Shown: piece by piece, positions 60,134 through 64,000 of the stretch
Numbering within the stretch: position 1 is the first letter of the stretch
Layout: every line of letters begins with the position of its first letter
Translations under genes and position numbers: made by a program
Source: Guillardia theta CCMP2712
Lineage: Eukaryota; Protista; Cryptophyta
Direction: 5' to 3'
NCBI RefSeq assembly: GCF_000315625.1
Contig: NW_005434659.1
Coordinates: forward strand, 334,770-398,769
Length of the DNA stretch: 64,000 nt
The notes under the pieces: model-generated
Databases searched by the model: none
The model's input: the letters and a program-made list of their open reading frames with translations, nothing else
Told to the model about the DNA's origin: nothing

Positions 60134-63100
60134 ATGTCGTCGTCGTCGTCGTCGCAGCAGCTGCAGGCGGCGAGGAGGGAGGAGAGCGATTCCGTGGAAG
60201 AGCAGCGAGAAACCAAACGACTCAAGGTGAGTACCGAGCTCAGCAACGACGCCCATTCAACGACTGCAGCGGAGGTAGAGCGGGCGCGGGCGGAGCTGAA
60301 TGAGGCTCGCGCAAGCAATGACCAAGAGCAGATAAACGCAGCAAAGGAAGAGCTTGCGCGGGCGGAGCTCAAGGCAGAGGTAGGGCTTGCGCGGGCGAAT
60401 GTAGACGCGGCGCTCGCAAGCAAGGACAGAGCGCAGATAGCCGGAGCAAAGGCAGAGCTTGCGCGGGCGGAGCTCAAGGCGGCGCGCGCAAGCAAGGACC
60501 ACGAGCAGATAACCGCAGCAGAGGCAGAGCTTGCGCAGGCGCAGCTGAAGGCAGAGGTAGAGCTTGCGCGGGCGGAGCTCAAGGCAGATGTAGAGCTGGC
60601 TCGGGCGGAGCTCAAGGCGGCTCACGCAAGCAAGGACCACGAGCAGATAACCGCAGCAGAGGTAGAGCTTGCGCGGGCGGAGCTCAAGGCAGAGGTAGAG
60701 CTGGCTCGGGCGGAGCTCAAGGTGGCTCGCGCAAGCAAGGACCACGAGCAGATAGCCGGAGCAGAGGTACAGCTTGCGCAGGCGCAGCTGAAGGCGGCGC
60801 TCGCAAGCAAGGACGAAGCGGAGATAGCAATGGCGAAGGCAAATGTATCAAGGGCGGAGCTGAAGGCAGAGGTAGGTCTCTTGAGGGCGCAGCTGAATGC
60901 AGTGCTCGCAAGCAATCACGAAGAAACGATAACTCAATCAAAGCTAGCCTTGCGCATCGCTGAGTCATCGCTTGCAAGCATCCGTGCATCTACACCTCTG
61001 CGGGTGGATGTTCTAGGTAATCTCTCTTTGCTGAGCCCATGTGCGTCCATGGCGAGCATTGTGTGAAAGTGTATCTTCAACAACGTGTGAGAAGCAGCTC
61101 ACTGAACTATTTCTTGCAGTCATGCATGCAGTCTCTGAGAAATATCCCTTTGAGTTGGAGAAAATACTTGAAGGCCTGCGGATGTGCATAGAAAAATCGC
61201 TGGGATCAAAAGCTAGGTCGTTGAGCGAATCAAACCCAATCGACAAAGTAGTAACCGATAGTGCGGATCGAGCAGCTTGTACAGTCTCATGCATGATTGA
61301 GGCCTGCTCGGGAAGCGGAAAATCGTTGTGTGCGGCAGACTACTTCGTACGAAACCCAAAGACCTCACGATATTGCTTGTTTGGATACACCCAGGAACAG
61401 GAATTATATCTTCAGGTGGACAGTATCTCGCAGCTCATCAATGTAGCAATCGATCTAGACCTCCAAGCGTGTGATCAGAAGCTTGCATTTGATAAACCAG
61501 ATGAGTGCAAGGTGAATGTTTTGGATATTGATCTTCTGGAATCCAGTTGGAATATTCTTGGTGCACTCGGATACCTGTTTGGGAAGACTGAAACTGTAGC
61601 CAAGGTGACGTTGCAGCATGCAAAGAAGTGGACAAAGGACAAGGACTTGTGGCTGCTCGTCGATGAAGCGATACCGGGGTATCAGGATACCACCGACCTT
61701 GTAAACCCAATCGCTCGACTGGTCTTCTTCAAACTTATTCTTCGTAATGCAGGCTTTAATACTATCATGCTGGGGACAAACACTCTGGTGATGAATTTCA
61801 ACAAAGCTTTGCGACAGACCGACAACAGCCGAGGTCGGAACCTAGAGCATTTAGTGTGTATCACCCATCGAGCGCTTCCTCCGATGATTTTACAATCTGA
61901 AAAGCAGCATGCTTTGCTCAGGAGTTTGTTTGGGGAGGAGCAGTGCAGCTTGTTTCTCGACAACGTTAACCCATGGCTTTGCAATCAGATGTTGAAGGGC
62001 TTCAAGGGCGCCACGGAAGAGATAAAAGACCGCGCAGATTTGTTTCGAGATCTGGCTGGTCCAGTGTTGGCAGAAAGGCGTAAAGAAAAGAAGAATCTCA
62101 GCGATGCATCGTTGTATTGTATGTTTCAGATTGCAACGCACGATGCCATTTCCCAGGCACACATCATGCAAGGGTTCGGTCTCTTGAACATCTGGCCACA
62201 AGGCGAAGTCCCTGCACGTGGTAGTCCGGGGTCAATCATTGATCTTGATCGGCGTGATGACAAGATTTACATGATGAATACAGATATCCACAACATATCC
62301 TGCAGGTTTCCTCCGGCCTGGGCCGATCCCATCACTACAGGGATTTGCGCTGGTGGCGGAAGACCTTTTCGCAATTTAGCATCAGGGCTCGAGGTGTTGA
62401 GGAGGATTCACCAAGATACTGTCAAGCCCAGGGAGGATCCCACAGCAGTAGATGCAATGCGTAGAGGCGGGAATGTTCTCGAATCGTTTGGGGCAGTCGT
62501 CCTTATGTTGACAAGCTGGGCCAAACCAGAGGACATTCTATCGACTCTCAGCTATCATTGTGGACGAGAAGTGAAGAGCACAGTGACGCAGGTGCTTGCT
62601 GCCGTGGATGACAAGGAGGCTGCAGAGCAGTTCCGGCAAGTTTTGACGAGATGTTTGTGTAATCTGATCCCCTTCGTGACGANNNNNNNNNNNNNNNNNN
62701 NNNNNNNNNNNNNNNNNNNNNNNNNNNNNNNNNNNNNNNNNNNNNNNNNNNNNNNNNNNNNNNNNNNNNNNNNNNNNNNNNNTTGCATGGATAAGCGCGA
62801 ACGAGACGGATGCTTTTCTGGCCCTGTCTCGGTCTGATAGGAGAGAATGAAGGGTGCAGCAGAGTCAAGAACTGAGAGTGTCGTCAATTCGTCTGATCTC
62901 AAGGGTTTTGTGGAAAAGCTGTCCAAGAATGGAGAGGACTCTTTCTCTTCATGGCGCCAGCCTTTGGAGATTTTAAGTACGAGTGGATCTTACCACGATT
63001 AGGGAATTCTGATTGGTTGGTTCTGCATTGGACAATTGATGGGGCGCATCTAGATTGGCGTACTTTCCACCATGTAGTCCAAGGCGGTGAGAAAAGATAC

Positions 63101-63184
63101 AGAATTTTGGTGCTTATGGAGGTCGGGTTATCAACGAAACCTTTTTGTGAACCGTCGATGCGCCAAGATCAGATTGATGCCTAG
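60134..63184 (+). CDS. Helical-repeat header + P-loop NTPase + putative restriction-endonuclease-fold tail (Crinkler/RHS-like); 3' part disrupted or low quality
   Basis: Phase-1 intron 61017-61119 joins the two ORFs; Walker A ACSGSGKS (61302-61325), Walker B WLLVDE (61650-61667), LGTN; stop and frameshifts after the gap. Confidence 0.65.
60270..60900 (+). repeat. Coding tandem repeat of two modules (AEVELARAELK and ASKDHEQI[T/A]A)
   Basis: Near-identical nucleotide modules of about 33 nt in variable order. Confidence 0.9.
62683..62782. other. Assembly gap (100 N)
   Basis: N run. Confidence 1.
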
Positions 63185-64000
63185 CATGGGTTACGTGGGC
63201 TGGAGAATCATGTATAACATGGATGCAGACATCAAACACCAGAGCAGGGATGCCGCAGCCTCAGTCACGGTGAAGTTGAGCTAGTGTCAAAAATACTCAT
63301 CGAGCTGGATAAAGCCCGTTGCGGATACTAAAGGAGACCGTATGACAGGCGCGTGGCTTTCAGTTTCAATCTTGGACAGCTAGCTCCTTATTCATGCAGG
63401 CAAAGTGTGACGACCTTGAAACCCCATGTCGATTTTTGAACGAATGAAGATAGCAGACATCGTTGGGAGCACCCATTGACATTCATGATTCCATCTAGGC
63501 AGTCTTTGCAGCAGGACAGTCATACTGCTTGACTCAGAAGTCGGACATAGTGTTGCTGATCACAACATGCCGATGGCTGACCTCACTCTGTTTCGATTGA
63601 CCTGTTCAGCACGTATATTGACAACTTACGTAGAGGAACTGATGATTCCGATCATCAGTAGGCGTCATTTTCAAGTTTCATATTCTGGATAGCAAACTGC
63701 TTGAGATTACGAGAGTAAAGCCTGATCTTTCTTTTCAACAGATCAGGAGAGCAGAGAACGAGTCGACGCGATCTTGAAAATCGTATTTCCATATGTGCCA
63801 ACACTGCGAACGCGTGCCGTGGTTGAAGTTGGGATGGCATCAGTGATATACCACGAACAATTTATTCGAGAGATGATGCCAAGGAATCAACCCTTGTTTC
63901 GAACTACTCTTTTGTTGCAACCTGGTTTTGTACAGACCCTCAGGAAGCATGTTACGATAGAAGGTCATGATAAACGGCAAAATGTATATCTCCAGATGTT

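Noticed and set aside
60270-60900. CRISPR-like repeat array
   Set aside because: Repeats are in-frame coding modules without unique spacers; eukaryotic context, no cas genes
59833-60989. Minus-strand Ser/Ala/Cys repeat ORFs
   Set aside because: Antisense shadows of the + strand coding repeat
63655-64000. Possible 3' exons of a - strand gene running off the window
   Set aside because: Too short and without recognisable motifs to support a call

Overview
Gene-dense eukaryotic nuclear DNA with many short GT-AG introns (about 45-60 nt, CTGAC/CTAAC-type branch point, little polypyrimidine tract), microsatellite-bloated introns and two 100-N gaps. Flagellar genes, signal-peptide+LRGG proteins and intron style fit a flagellated alga with a complex plastid, probably a cryptophyte (inference only). 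About 24 genes were read by conceptual splicing, mostly in alternating orientation: GATA-like Zn finger, Sfi1-repeat protein, SVBP-motif protein, RING-H2 E3, nucleoplasmin-FKBP, NDUFV2, ANK/beta-helix protein, DUF4116, ODA-DC2 (CCDC114-like), NSUN6, GOT1, SNF8, an Sfi1-repeat/TTLL10-like fusion, MICU1-like, SP-ANK-RRM, CDC73, a phytase-like membrane protein and a repeat-header P-loop NTPase/putative nuclease (Crinkler-RHS-like). The top leads are: (1) a roughly 540-nt rod-like fold-back (59506-60041) whose stem differences are almost all G-U wobbles on the + strand, ending in T15 about 90 nt upstream of the NTPase-nuclease gene; (2) an in-frame Sfi1 plus apparently catalytically dead TTLL10-like fusion; (3) two distinct sequence dialects (palindrome-rich GC islands and GGGGT/ACCCC islands) that mark gene 5' ends; (4) a duplicated microprotein, a pre-miRNA-like hairpin and a small TIR element family. 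No database searches or folding programs were run.
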